Shown piece after piece: positions 27,464 to 37,445 of a stretch of DNA of 64,000 nucleotides. Each line of letters begins with the position of its first letter. Position 1 is the first letter of the stretch. The translations under genes and the position numbers were made by a program. Location: positions 864,001 to 928,000 of the forward strand of contig JALWXN010000004.1 of NCBI GenBank assembly GCA_027078545.1, in the 5' to 3' direction. Source of the DNA: Nitrososphaeria archaeon. Its GTDB lineage: Archaea > Thermoproteota > Nitrososphaeria > Geothermarchaeales > JDFR-13. Under the pieces are notes generated by a model. That model saw only the letters and a list, made by a program, of their open reading frames with translations. It did no database searches and was not told the DNA's origin.

Positions 27464-28615
27464 CTATAGACGCCTACTCCTCTCCACCGCCTCGTATACG
27501 GGTAGGCCCCTCTTCCCAAGCTCCCTGATCCATAGCATCGGCTCCTCCACCTTCTCAGGCGGAGTGACGCCTTTAGGCACCTTACCCTGTACAAGCATCT
27601 CCAATCCGGCCACAGCTCCAAAGGCTGTCGTAACGGCAGTTACTCCCGCGTCCCACTCCTCAATGCCCTGCACCGGGCCTAGGTAGTATGTCAGCCTGGC
27701 CTCCTCCCCCTCATACACACCTCTAAGCTCCACCTTTAGACAGCCATACGTCCTTGGATCCTCCCTCGGCTTCAGGAGTGTACCCACCACGTGGAGGGGC
27801 TTCACCTTCACGCCGAGGACGTCTATCTCCTCCCTACTGGTCAGGCCGGACCTCCTAAGGAAGTCTAGCACGGGGAATATCGACTCGTCCCACGTATCCT
27901 TATATGTTATTGTCTCTACACCCTCCAATGTGTATGGTAGTGTGGCCAGCTCACTATGTATTATCGCATAGGTATACATGTACCCGATGGGGTCTGGGAA
28001 GTAGGTGAGCTCCTTCTCACTCAGGGGTGGAAGCTCCACTAGGCGGCCCTTGATATAGGCCACCGCATTCATCGAGGCCTCATCCATTATCGTGACCACG
28101 GAGAAGCCGAAGAGATCCTCCTCGCCACCCTTGCTGCCCCACCTGATATGGATCTCCCTCACACTATCCATCTTGTCATAACCTATCCTTGCCAGGATGT
28201 TGCTCGTCCCAGGATCGTCACCAGCACCTAGGAGTAGTGAGAGACCCCTCCTCCTAACCTCCTCGTCCCACTCGAGCTCCTTCCTAGTCATCCAGTATAG
28301 GCCGCCCAGGTCTAGCATATCCCTACCAGCCTTCAGCATCGCCTTTATAGCGTGGATGTTGAACTCGTACCACGCAGCGTTTATGACGTAGTCCCCCCTC
28401 CTCATCTGCTGGGCGGTCAGGTCTATATCCCTTATATCACCCTTCTCAAGTATCACCTTCTCACTGCCTAGGGACTCGACGAAGGGCTTAGCGGCCTCCA
28501 CGTTATAGTCTACGGCGTATATCCTACCCACCTTCTCATTCCTGACGAGATCTCTAAGTATTACCCTACCAACATTCCCCAGGCCTATGAGGACGACATC
28601 GTAGCTACTCATCAC
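27464..28615 (-). CDS. Saccharopine dehydrogenase family oxidoreductase (lysine 6-dehydrogenase/carboxyspermidine synthase-like)
   Basis: GLGNVG Rossmann fold, MLDLGG, GAGDDPGTSN, IHSELATLP, GVTPPE. Confidence 0.85.
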   Translation of the reverse strand: MMSSYDVVLIGLGNVGRVILRDLVRNEKVGRIYAVDYNVEAAKPFVESLGSEKVILEKGDIRDIDLTAQQMRRGDYVINAAWYEFNIHAIKAMLKAGRDMLDLGGLYWMTRKELEWDEEVRRRGLSLLLGAGDDPGTSNILARIGYDKMDSVREIHIRWGSKGGEEDLFGFSVVTIMDEASMNAVAYIKGRLVELPPLSEKELTYFPDPIGYMYTYAIIHSELATLPYTLEGVETITYKDTWDESIFPVLDFLRRSGLTSREEIDVLGVKVKPLHVVGTLLKPREDPRTYGCLKVELRGVYEGEEARLTYYLGPVQGIEEWDAGVTAVTTAFGAVAGLEMLVQGKVPKGVTPPEKVEEPMLWIRELGKRGLPVYEAVERSRRL

Positions 28616-28703
28616 GGGTCACTGGATACCCTTTTAAGAGGCGATTCATTATCACCCCATGTATATAGTCAGCATCAATAAATAGGTGTAGAGCCCGGTG
28701 GGC

Positions 28704-31442
28704 CTAGTCCCTAGGGTTGAGTATGTTTGCCTGTGCAGCCGCCAGCCTGGCGGGTATTATCCTATAGGGACTCGCACTTACATAGTCTAGCCCCGCCATA
28801 TGGAGGAGGTGTATCGAGTCTGGGTCTCCACCATGCTCCCCACAGATACCTATCTCAATATTCCTCTTTACACTCCTCGCCTTCTCCACACAGATCCTTA
28901 TCAGCTGGCCCACACCCTCCCTGTCAAGTGTCTGGAATGGGTTTGTCTTTAGTATGCCTAGCTCGAGATACTTAGCCATAAACTTGTTCTCCACATCGTC
29001 CCTGCTGAAGCTGAAGACGGCCTGTGTAAGGTCGTTTGTGCCGAAGCTGAAGAAGTCGAGCCTCTTGGCCAGCTCATCTCCGAGTAGGGCGGCTCTCACA
29101 GTCTCTATCATCGTCCCTATCTTCACGTCCAGCTCGACGCCATACTCCTCCTCAACCTCCCTGATCATTGGTCTGAGGATGTTGTCCACCACGTAGTCGA
29201 CCTCCTCGGGTATCGCCACCTGTGGGATCATTATCTCCGTCCTAGGCCTATAGCCCTCCTTGATAAGCTCGGCAGTCGCCTCGAGTATCGCCTTGGCCAG
29301 CCCCCTATAGATCTCTGGGTGGGTTATGCCCACCCTCACACCCCTATGCCCCATCATCGGGTTTGCCTCCTCAAGGGCTGTGACACGTCTATACAGCTCC
29401 TCCAGCTCAGCGGTATCCTCACCCCTCTCCCTAGCCTCGTAGATCCTTTTGAGGAGCTCCCTAGAGTCGGGTAGGAACTCGTGGAGAGGAGGGTCTATAA
29501 GCCTGATAACCACTGGGAGGCCATCCATCACCTTGAGAACCTCCTTGAAGTCTGGCTTTATCATCTCGGCCAGCCTCTCCATGTTATGCATCCTCTCCTC
29601 CGGTGACTGGCTCAGGATTACGCTCCTAAGCACCTCTAGCCGCTCAGGCTTCCTGAACATCCTCTCAATCCTCAGCAGGCCTATGCCCTCCGCCCCGAAC
29701 CTCCTAGCCGTCTCTGCGTCCTCGGGGAGGTCTGCATTGGCCCATACACCCAGCCTCCTGAAGCTGTCAGCCCACTCGAGGAGCGTCTCCATCTCATCAG
29801 GCCATTTAGGGGTCTCCGTCGGGACCTTGCCTAGATATATGTTCCCCGTCGAGCCGTCTATGGTTATCCATTCACCCTCCCTCACAACTACCCCGTTGAC
29901 CGTGAAGAGTTTCTCCTCATAGTTGATCTTGATGGCCTCGGCACCGACTACCGCCGACTTACCCATAGCCCTAGCCACTACAGCCGCGTGGCTCGTGTTC
30001 CCACCCTTGGACGTCAGGATACCCTTGGCCGCATAGAAGCCGTGTACATCGTCTGGGGTCGTCTCGACCCTCACAAGGATTACGTCAAGCCCCTCCCTAG
30101 CCTTCTCAATAGCAGCGTCGGGGGTGAAGACCACCACGCCTGACACCGCTCCTGGAGATGCGGGTATCCCCCTGGCTATCGGTTTTCCATTATAGTCCTC
30201 ACTTATCGATGGGTATAGGAGCTTCTCTACGTCTCTAGGGCTGACCTTCAGGACTGCCTCCTCCCTAGTTATTATCCCCTCCCTAGCCATGTCCACAGCC
30301 GTCTTGACCCTGGCCTTGGGGGTCATCTTCGCATTCCTAGCCTGGAGGAAGTATAGCCTCCCCCTCTCCACGGTGAACTCTATGTCCTGGACATCCTTGT
30401 TGATCCGCTCAAGCCTCTTAGCCTTCGTCACGAGCTCCTCATACAGCTGGTCACTTATACTCCTGAGGTACTCGATCGGCTTCGGGGTCCTGATACCTGC
30501 CACCACGTCTTCCCCCTGCGCGTTGGGGAGGAACTCGCCGTAGATCCTATCCTCACCCGTGGCTACGTCCCTTGTGAATACGACTCCTGTACCACTGTCC
30601 TCTCCCATATTGCCGAAGACCATGGCCTGTATATTTACAGCTGTGCCGTGGGCCATCTCCTCCGTGATCCTGTTTATATGCCTGTAGAAGATCGCCCTGG
30701 TGTTCATCCAGCTTCGGAAGACTGCCTTCACAGCCTCCTCAAGCTCCCTCCAGGGGTCGAGGATATCCTCTCCAAACCTCTCAACGATTATTGACCTATA
30801 CCTCTCGACGAGCTCCTCCAAGCCCTCTACACCGAGTCCACTGGGCTCCTCCGCACCATACCTACTGAGGACCTCCTCCTCAGCCTTGTTGAAGAGCTCC
30901 TTCCCTATGCCGAGGGCTATCTCGCCATACATCTGTAGGAAGCGTCGATAGGCGTCCAGTGCGAATCGCTCGTCACCAGTCTGCCTCTTAAGACCTTCCA
31001 GCGTCTCGTCGTTGAGGCCTAGGTTGAGGATGGTGTCCATCATACCTGGCATTGAGACTGGTGCCCCACTCCTCACTGATACGAGTAGTGGGTTCTCGGG
31101 GTCGCCGAATCTACGCCCCATCCTCTCCCCGAGCAACTCCATATACTTCTTAACCTCATCCATGAGGCCCCTTGGGAGCTCGAGGCTCCTCACAAGCCTG
31201 TTGATCTCCTCCTCTATACGGCTCCTCTCCTCGGCCGTGGATGCATTCACCAACTGGTTAGCAAGTCTATCCAGCTCCTTTTTAACAGGCCTGTAGAACT
31301 CGACACAGGCCTCCGTGGTTATGGTGAAGCCTGGGGGGACGGGGAAGCCGAGCTGGGTCATCTGTGCCAGGCTACTCCCCTTACCCCCTAGGAGTTTCTT
31401 ATTCTTCCAGTCCGCCTCCTCAAAGGTGTATATGTACTTCAT
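28704..31442 (-). CDS. ppdK: Pyruvate, phosphate dikinase
   Basis: Start MKYIYTFEE; LLGGKG, LLVSVRSGAPVSMPGMMDTILNLG, NAQGEDVVAGIRTP, phospho-His motif GGNTSHAAVVAR, FSFGTNDLTQ, GICGEHGGDP. Confidence 0.96.
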   Translation of the reverse strand: MKYIYTFEEADWKNKKLLGGKGSSLAQMTQLGFPVPPGFTITTEACVEFYRPVKKELDRLANQLVNASTAEERSRIEEEINRLVRSLELPRGLMDEVKKYMELLGERMGRRFGDPENPLLVSVRSGAPVSMPGMMDTILNLGLNDETLEGLKRQTGDERFALDAYRRFLQMYGEIALGIGKELFNKAEEEVLSRYGAEEPSGLGVEGLEELVERYRSIIVERFGEDILDPWRELEEAVKAVFRSWMNTRAIFYRHINRITEEMAHGTAVNIQAMVFGNMGEDSGTGVVFTRDVATGEDRIYGEFLPNAQGEDVVAGIRTPKPIEYLRSISDQLYEELVTKAKRLERINKDVQDIEFTVERGRLYFLQARNAKMTPKARVKTAVDMAREGIITREEAVLKVSPRDVEKLLYPSISEDYNGKPIARGIPASPGAVSGVVVFTPDAAIEKAREGLDVILVRVETTPDDVHGFYAAKGILTSKGGNTSHAAVVARAMGKSAVVGAEAIKINYEEKLFTVNGVVVREGEWITIDGSTGNIYLGKVPTETPKWPDEMETLLEWADSFRRLGVWANADLPEDAETARRFGAEGIGLLRIERMFRKPERLEVLRSVILSQSPEERMHNMERLAEMIKPDFKEVLKVMDGLPVVIRLIDPPLHEFLPDSRELLKRIYEARERGEDTAELEELYRRVTALEEANPMMGHRGVRVGITHPEIYRGLAKAILEATAELIKEGYRPRTEIMIPQVAIPEEVDYVVDNILRPMIREVEEEYGVELDVKIGTMIETVRAALLGDELAKRLDFFSFGTNDLTQAVFSFSRDDVENKFMAKYLELGILKTNPFQTLDREGVGQLIRICVEKARSVKRNIEIGICGEHGGDPDSIHLLHMAGLDYVSASPYRIIPARLAAAQANILNPRD

Positions 31443-31525
31443 ATATCCACACCATTTAAACGGAGAAGGCAAAGATAGTATTCCCGAGACCCTGTTATAA
31501 ATCGATTTTGAGGTGTACATGTAAA

Positions 31526-32428
31526 ATGTACCGGATAGTCATCCACGGGGGAGCGGGAGACTGGAGAGAGAGGAATGTGGAGGCCGCTCTGAAGAGTATA
31601 GGTGAGGCCCTGGAGAGGGGGCTGGAGATCCTCAGGAGTGGTGGCACAGCCGGCGAGGCCGTGGTAGAGGCGGTAGCGTCGATGGAGGACAGTGGATATT
31701 TCAATGCAGGTATAGGCAGCAGCCTCAACATAGAAGGGGTGAGGGAGATGGATGCTGGCTACGCAGACTCAGATGGCAATATAGGGGCGGTCTCAGGGGT
31801 CAGGAGGCCTAGGAACCCGGTCAGGCTGGCCTACTGGGTAGCCATGGAGACTGACCACGTCCTACTGACGGGTGAAGGAGCCGACAGGATCTCCGCCTGG
31901 ATCGGGCTCGAGGAGATAGGTGAGATACCGAGACACGTCCTGAGGAGGTATCAAGACCTCATAACCCAGAGGAGGATCAGGGGTGAACGTAACAAGAGGG
32001 TGGTGGAGACCTACTATGGAGACACGGTCGGAGCGGTTGCGCTCGACGAGTATGGTAACCTGGCCACAGCCGTCAGCACCGGTGGGCTATGGCTGAAGCT
32101 CCCCGGGAGGGTTGGGGATACACCTATATATGGGGCGGGCTTCATAGCCAACAGGTACTACGCGGCAAACGCCACTGGAATAGGTGAGTATATCGTCGAG
32201 AGCCTCCTATGCAGGAGGGCCCTAGAGGAATACATGGAGATGGGCGACATATACAGGAGCATCCAGGTCCCACTAAAGGAGCTGGGGCTTAGGAGGCCAT
32301 CCTCCGCCGGCCTCATAGCAGTAGACAGGTTTGGGAACATAGCCTATGGACACAACACCCCTAGCATGGTGGTCGCCTACTACAACGGTAGAAGGGCGAA
32401 AACACTGCTTTCACGAAACAGCATTTAG
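31526..32428 (+). CDS. Isoaspartyl peptidase/L-asparaginase (Ntn hydrolase)
   Basis: IHGGAG, FNAGIGS, EMDA, autocleavage site GD|TVGAVA, STGG, GRVGDTP, ATGIGE. Confidence 0.92.
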   Translation: MYRIVIHGGAGDWRERNVEAALKSIGEALERGLEILRSGGTAGEAVVEAVASMEDSGYFNAGIGSSLNIEGVREMDAGYADSDGNIGAVSGVRRPRNPVRLAYWVAMETDHVLLTGEGADRISAWIGLEEIGEIPRHVLRRYQDLITQRRIRGERNKRVVETYYGDTVGAVALDEYGNLATAVSTGGLWLKLPGRVGDTPIYGAGFIANRYYAANATGIGEYIVESLLCRRALEEYMEMGDIYRSIQVPLKELGLRRPSSAGLIAVDRFGNIAYGHNTPSMVVAYYNGRRAKTLLSRNSI

Positions 32429-32538
32429 GGAGAATCCGAATCAGATCATCAACTCATTTTCAATACAAACGTTTAACAGTTCTTTAAAATATATATTCAA
32501 GAGTAAATTGGAGTTTCGCCCCTAAAAGCCAAGTTGTA

Positions 32539-33846
32539 GTGGTCAGGAGGTCGATAAAATTGTCCATAGTGGAGAATAGAGAGGAGATACTTAAGAAGTT
32601 CTTCGAGAAGGTGGACCCCGCCAAGCTGATAGAGGAGAATGTGAGTAGGAAGGGGGACGTCCTAAACATCGCGGGGGAGAAGCTAGACCTAAGGAAGTAT
32701 AGGAAGGTCTATCTACTGGCCTACGGCAAGTCGGCATACAGGATGGCTGTGGGGCTCTACCCATACATCTCGGACAAGCTGGTAGACTCATTCGTCATCG
32801 TCGACAGGAGGAGCGGGGCGAAGGACAGTAGGTTCAGGATCTTCTGGGGTAACCACCCAATACCTGACGAGGAGGTCTATACAGCCACTAGGGAGATCAT
32901 CAAGAAGGTTAGGTACTCGAGGAAGAGCTTCCTCATGTTCAACCTCATATCGGGTGGAGGCTCCGCACTACTCGAGTATCCATTCGCAAACCTTAAGCCG
33001 ATAGACCTCGAGCGTATGTGGAGGATCCTCCTAGACCTAGGGCTCAACATACACGAGATGAACACTGTGAGGAGGCACCTCTCCGCGGTTAAGGGTGGAA
33101 GGCTGGCCAAGCTCCTATACCCCAGCAGGGTATTCAGCCTAGTCATAAGCGACGTGGTGGGAGACCCGATACACGACATAGCCTCCGGCCCAACCGCACC
33201 AGACCCGACGACATACAAGGATGCATGGAACATCCTCCTTAAATACGATGTGAATAGGAAGTGGAAGGCCTCCAGACTCATCAAGAGAGGTATGCAGGGG
33301 GCCCTGGAGGATACCCCCAAGCCTGGAGACCCCGTCTTCCAGAGGGTTACGAACAAGATCATAGCCAACATACCCCTAGCAGCGAGGATGTTCGCCGAGA
33401 CACTGGAGGAGTTCGGGATGAAGACTGAGCTGGTCGATACACAGGTCGAGGCCAGGCCTGAGGAGGCGGCTGACAGGATATTCAGGGAGCTAATGGATAG
33501 GCTCGAGCCTGGCAAGGCCTATATCTATGCCGGGGAGCTCTACGGCCCAGCCGGCAAGACGGGTATCGGCGGCACAGCCCACGAACTGGCTCTACAGCTA
33601 TACCTACGCTTCAGGGATGCGGATGTAGAGATAATAGCCTTCGACACCGACGGCCTAGACGGGAACTCACCCGCAGCTGGCGGGATACTCAGGACTAATG
33701 AGGTCGGCGTAGGTGTAAGGGATATACTAGCCGCTATAGAGTCTAAGGACACCTATACATTGATGCAGCAGGCAGGGCTCAGCCTCCACACAGGCTATAC
33801 AGGGGTGAAGATGGGGCAGATATGGGCCCTATACAAGCCTGGATAG
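32539..33846 (+). CDS. Glycerate 2-kinase (MOFRL/DUF4147) family protein with divergent C-terminal motifs
   Basis: GKSA, GNHPIPD, LISGGGSAL, NTVRRHLSAVKGGRLA, ISDVVGD..IASGPT, TDGLDGNS. Confidence 0.85.
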   Translation: MVRRSIKLSIVENREEILKKFFEKVDPAKLIEENVSRKGDVLNIAGEKLDLRKYRKVYLLAYGKSAYRMAVGLYPYISDKLVDSFVIVDRRSGAKDSRFRIFWGNHPIPDEEVYTATREIIKKVRYSRKSFLMFNLISGGGSALLEYPFANLKPIDLERMWRILLDLGLNIHEMNTVRRHLSAVKGGRLAKLLYPSRVFSLVISDVVGDPIHDIASGPTAPDPTTYKDAWNILLKYDVNRKWKASRLIKRGMQGALEDTPKPGDPVFQRVTNKIIANIPLAARMFAETLEEFGMKTELVDTQVEARPEEAADRIFRELMDRLEPGKAYIYAGELYGPAGKTGIGGTAHELALQLYLRFRDADVEIIAFDTDGLDGNSPAAGGILRTNEVGVGVRDILAAIESKDTYTLMQQAGLSLHTGYTGVKMGQIWALYKPG

Positions 33847-33898
33847 CCACGCCACAACAACCCCGATTTAAAGCCTAGTGGACCCGGAATAGCTAGGT

Positions 33899-34801
33899 AT
33901 GGAGATAAGTATAGTAGACGTATCTCCCAGGCCGGGTATAGAGGGAGATATCTGCCTCTACGCCATAGAGACTGGAGAGGGGCTGATCCTCGTCGAGGCA
34001 GGGCCACCCAACGGGTTCCAACGCCTCGAGAAATGGCTGTTGGAGAGGGGATACAGCTTCAGCGACATCAAGTACGTCCTACTCACCCATATCCACCTAG
34101 ACCATGGTGGTGGAGCTGGATACATTGTACAGAGGGGTGGGAGGCCAGAGATATATGTACATCCACGTGGGGCTCCACATCTTGTAGACCCCTCCAAGCT
34201 ATGGAGGTCGAGCCTAGAGACGATAGGCGACGTAGCCAGGGTATATGGAGAGCCCCTACCAGTGCCGGAGGAGCTAGTGAAGATCCCGAGTGATGGGGAG
34301 ATGGTGGAGCTCCTAGGCCTGGGCTTCGAGTTCATCTATACACCTGGCCATGCCAAGCACCACATGTCTATCTACCTAGAGGATGAGGACATACTCTTCA
34401 CGGGCGACTCGGCAGGCCTATACCACGGAGGCACGGTGATCCCGACCACCCCGCCTCCCCACAACGTTGAGGAGAGTATTGCCAGTATCAGGAGGATGAT
34501 GTCCCTAGCCCCCGGGAGGCTGGGATATACACACTTCGGGATAGTTGACGACGCACTGGACTGGCTCGAGAGGTATGAAATAGTCTATAACAAGTGGGTC
34601 AACCACGTGGAGAGGGGCTATAGGGAGGGACGTGGCATAGACGAGATCTACAGGGAGCTGAGACGTGTAGACCTTGGGATAGAGGTCCAAGAGAGGTTCT
34701 TCAGGTATAGGGGGTATGGGGAGGAGGAGGTCCTACTCAGCCTCTACGGGATCTATAGCTACTACGAGTGGCTCGAGACTCGTTCCAGCTCAGGATCTTG
34801 A
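33899..34801 (+). CDS. Metallo-beta-lactamase fold hydrolase
   Basis: THIHLDHGGG, VHPRGAPHL, TPGHAKHH, FTGD, YTHFG. Confidence 0.9.
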   Translation: MEISIVDVSPRPGIEGDICLYAIETGEGLILVEAGPPNGFQRLEKWLLERGYSFSDIKYVLLTHIHLDHGGGAGYIVQRGGRPEIYVHPRGAPHLVDPSKLWRSSLETIGDVARVYGEPLPVPEELVKIPSDGEMVELLGLGFEFIYTPGHAKHHMSIYLEDEDILFTGDSAGLYHGGTVIPTTPPPHNVEESIASIRRMMSLAPGRLGYTHFGIVDDALDWLERYEIVYNKWVNHVERGYREGRGIDEIYRELRRVDLGIEVQERFFRYRGYGEEEVLLSLYGIYSYYEWLETRSSSGS

Positions 34802-35102
34802 GGTGGTAGATATAGACCTTCGTATCCCTAGGTAGCTCACCATAAATATCCCTAAGAATCCCCTGGAGCTCCTCCAACGACTCGAACCCATCTATAACCG
34901 CGTCCCACTCATTCAGGGTCTCCAGACTCTTCTCAACAATATCCTCAACCACCGCCTTACCATAGATCTTACCATTGGTATCAGCTATGTAGACCGTCTC
35001 CCCCAGCTCATACTTCTTCTCAAGCCTGATAGTCGTCCTCTTCCTCCCACTCCTGAGGAGCTCGAGATACTCCGGCCTAAACTTCATCTTCCTATGCCTC
35101 AT
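34737..35102 (-). CDS. ASCH domain protein (YqfB-like)
   Basis: Start ATG 35102 after GGTGAGGGG; F...Y...L.SGRKRTTIR signature, DAVIDGFESLEEL...L..IY. Confidence 0.88.
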   Translation of the reverse strand: MRHRKMKFRPEYLELLRSGRKRTTIRLEKKYELGETVYIADTNGKIYGKAVVEDIVEKSLETLNEWDAVIDGFESLEELQGILRDIYGELPRDTKVYIYHLKILSWNESRATRSSYRSRRG

Positions 35103-37413
35103 CCCCCTCACCCTTGAGGACGTAGTAAAGCCTAAGCTTAGCCACAAGCTCCCTAGTCTTGTTAACCACCTCCTCCATATCCAGGTCGAAGTACATGGCA
35201 ACCTTCTCCCAAGGCCTAGCCTGTAGAACCCTGTTTATCAATACATACTCCCACAGCCTGGGTATCCGGACCCTCTTATCGGGGCTCCTCATAAAGTGGG
35301 TCTTAACCACCTCCCTTATGGCGTCGTAGGCCCCTCCGAAGGCCATCCCGCCATAGATATACATCTTCAGCCTCTCCCTCTGGGCCCTGCTCAGGCTCGG
35401 CTTATAATCCATCTCGAAGGGGTCCATGGAGAGGAGCTGGTACGCAAGCTTTGGCTCAAGGTTGAAGTGGCACTCGAACAGGGTGGTCATCAAGAGCTTC
35501 TTAAACTCCTTCCTAGCCCTCCTGACAACCTCCTTCGCCCTCCTACTCAGCGGCCTTATAACCACTGTGCTGAACTCCCCTGAGACGGCGTTCCTAACAG
35601 GGCTTAGGTATAGGGGGGCGAAGCCGTTCCTCCACCAGAAGTCTAGGAGCTTATCAGTAGCCCCGAAGCTCGCGCCCACCCAGTCCATACCCATCTCCCT
35701 AGCCTCCTCCACAACCTTCTCCAACGCCTTGCTACCAACACCCTTCCTCATAACGTCTGGATGGGTCGCTATCCTCACTACCCTTATACCTCTCATCTCC
35801 GGTATGCCTTCAAGGTGTGGATAGTAGCGGAGGAGTATCGTGGGTATAACATGTCCACTGGGCGGGTCTCCAGCCAAGGTGCGCATCACGTCCTCCTCGG
35901 TCATCGCCCCCTCATAGGCGAGGTGTAGGCTATTTATGACATGCCCCCTATACATCATCGCCCGCATGAAGTGGTGCGGAGCATCCATCAGGATCATCAG
36001 GTCGTTGGGCCTGTTCCTATAGTGTGCATAGATGTAGATGCCGATATACTCCTTGAGGAGGTCACGCTTCTTGAATAGCCACTCCTCGGGATCCGGCTTG
36101 ACGTATCGGAGTCTAGAGAGGTCTAGGTCGAAGATCTCCGCCTCACTATATGGATATGGGTCAGCGTCTAGGAAGAAGGTCTTGAAGAGCCAGTCCTCCA
36201 CAGGGTCTTCAGGGGCGTATCGGATCGGCTCATCCATATCCACCTCTATAAGCCTACCCCCGAAGACCTTCCTAACCATTGGTAGGAACCTTACCTGGAA
36301 CCCCCTACCAGCACCCTCATAGCCGTGGAGGGTGCTTGAGAAGACCGACTTCTCAAACTTCTCGGCGATATGCTCTAGGATATGGGTGGGTATACCGCTG
36401 GCCTCATCCACAACTATGAGGTCCGCCTTCACCTTGTAGCTGGTGGGCGGGTTGATATAGGCTATCTTACCCAGCGTACTATTGATCTCCACGATCACCC
36501 CGCCCTGCTTCTTAACATTATGCTTCACCCCATGCTCCCTGAAGACCATCCTGATGAAGCTGAATATCTCCTTGGTGTTTACCGGGTCTGGAGCCGTGAC
36601 ATAGATCTTCAGCTTATCCTTCTTCGAGGCCTTCTTCAACATATAACCTGCAACCCCGAGGCCCACGGCGGCAGATTTGCCCCTACCCCTATCAGCCGTC
36701 ACGACCACGCTTCCACGGGGCATTGAGGAGAGCTTATCGATAGCCCTGATCACCCTTACCTGGTCCTCGGTGAGGGCCCTCCTATATATCGACTCGTCGA
36801 AGGATATGTCGCTAGGTATCTCCGGGGGCCTACGTACATAGTCCGGATACCTCACCTCCCTACCCGCCAGGCCACCATCCTCATGGAAGAAGACTCCTGG
36901 ATGCTCCTCCAGGCTCTCGACGAAGTATCGCTGGAAGATCGTCTGTACATCCTCCAGGGTGAAGGGGGAGGTGACCATATCCCTGTGGAAGGGTGTCTTC
37001 ATATTCTTCCACCTCTCCCTCTCAGGGGAGAGGACTATTATGTAGCCCCCGCCCCTCACAACCTCTATTACGCGGCCTACATCGTTCGGCCTCATATCCC
37101 TCCTGAGATCAACTATCAGGGCGTCCCAGGTGGTGCCGAGTATCCTGTTGAGATCCTTGAACTGGACATACTCAGGCCTCGCCCTCGAGTCGATACCCTT
37201 TGATAGTGGCTTCCACATATTGTTCTCAGACTTGGGCTCCTTACCCGCGAATAGTAGGCTGTAGGACTCCCCCCTCACCCCGTCATACCTATTCACGATG
37301 TCTAGGAGGGCCTCGGGGGAGGGCTCCTCGATAACAATCATCCTCCTATGGAACTCCCTAAGCGCGTTCCCAAATATCTCCTCCGGCCTATATATCTCAA
37401 CCTCCCTCTTCAT
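35092..37413 (-). CDS. tmcA: tRNA/RNA cytidine acetyltransferase TmcA/Nat10 (ac4C writer)
   Basis: DUF1726 region (ILGTTWD..D...PNDVGRVIEVVRGGG), Walker A ADRGRGKSA, DEAS, STLHGYEGAGRGF, AHYRNRPNDL, GNAT RVVRIATHP..MRKGVGS. Confidence 0.93.
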   Translation of the reverse strand: MKREVEIYRPEEIFGNALREFHRRMIVIEEPSPEALLDIVNRYDGVRGESYSLLFAGKEPKSENNMWKPLSKGIDSRARPEYVQFKDLNRILGTTWDALIVDLRRDMRPNDVGRVIEVVRGGGYIIVLSPERERWKNMKTPFHRDMVTSPFTLEDVQTIFQRYFVESLEEHPGVFFHEDGGLAGREVRYPDYVRRPPEIPSDISFDESIYRRALTEDQVRVIRAIDKLSSMPRGSVVVTADRGRGKSAAVGLGVAGYMLKKASKKDKLKIYVTAPDPVNTKEIFSFIRMVFREHGVKHNVKKQGGVIVEINSTLGKIAYINPPTSYKVKADLIVVDEASGIPTHILEHIAEKFEKSVFSSTLHGYEGAGRGFQVRFLPMVRKVFGGRLIEVDMDEPIRYAPEDPVEDWLFKTFFLDADPYPYSEAEIFDLDLSRLRYVKPDPEEWLFKKRDLLKEYIGIYIYAHYRNRPNDLMILMDAPHHFMRAMMYRGHVINSLHLAYEGAMTEEDVMRTLAGDPPSGHVIPTILLRYYPHLEGIPEMRGIRVVRIATHPDVMRKGVGSKALEKVVEEAREMGMDWVGASFGATDKLLDFWWRNGFAPLYLSPVRNAVSGEFSTVVIRPLSRRAKEVVRRARKEFKKLLMTTLFECHFNLEPKLAYQLLSMDPFEMDYKPSLSRAQRERLKMYIYGGMAFGGAYDAIREVVKTHFMRSPDKRVRIPRLWEYVLINRVLQARPWEKVAMYFDLDMEEVVNKTRELVAKLRLYYVLKGEGDEA

Positions 37414-37445
37414 CTCCGCCCAATATAGGATAATAGCTATGTGTA

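Noticed and set aside
32429-32538. AT-rich intergenic stretch containing TGATGA-T-CTGA on the minus strand
   Set aside because: No room for a guide; best explained as terminator plus promoter.
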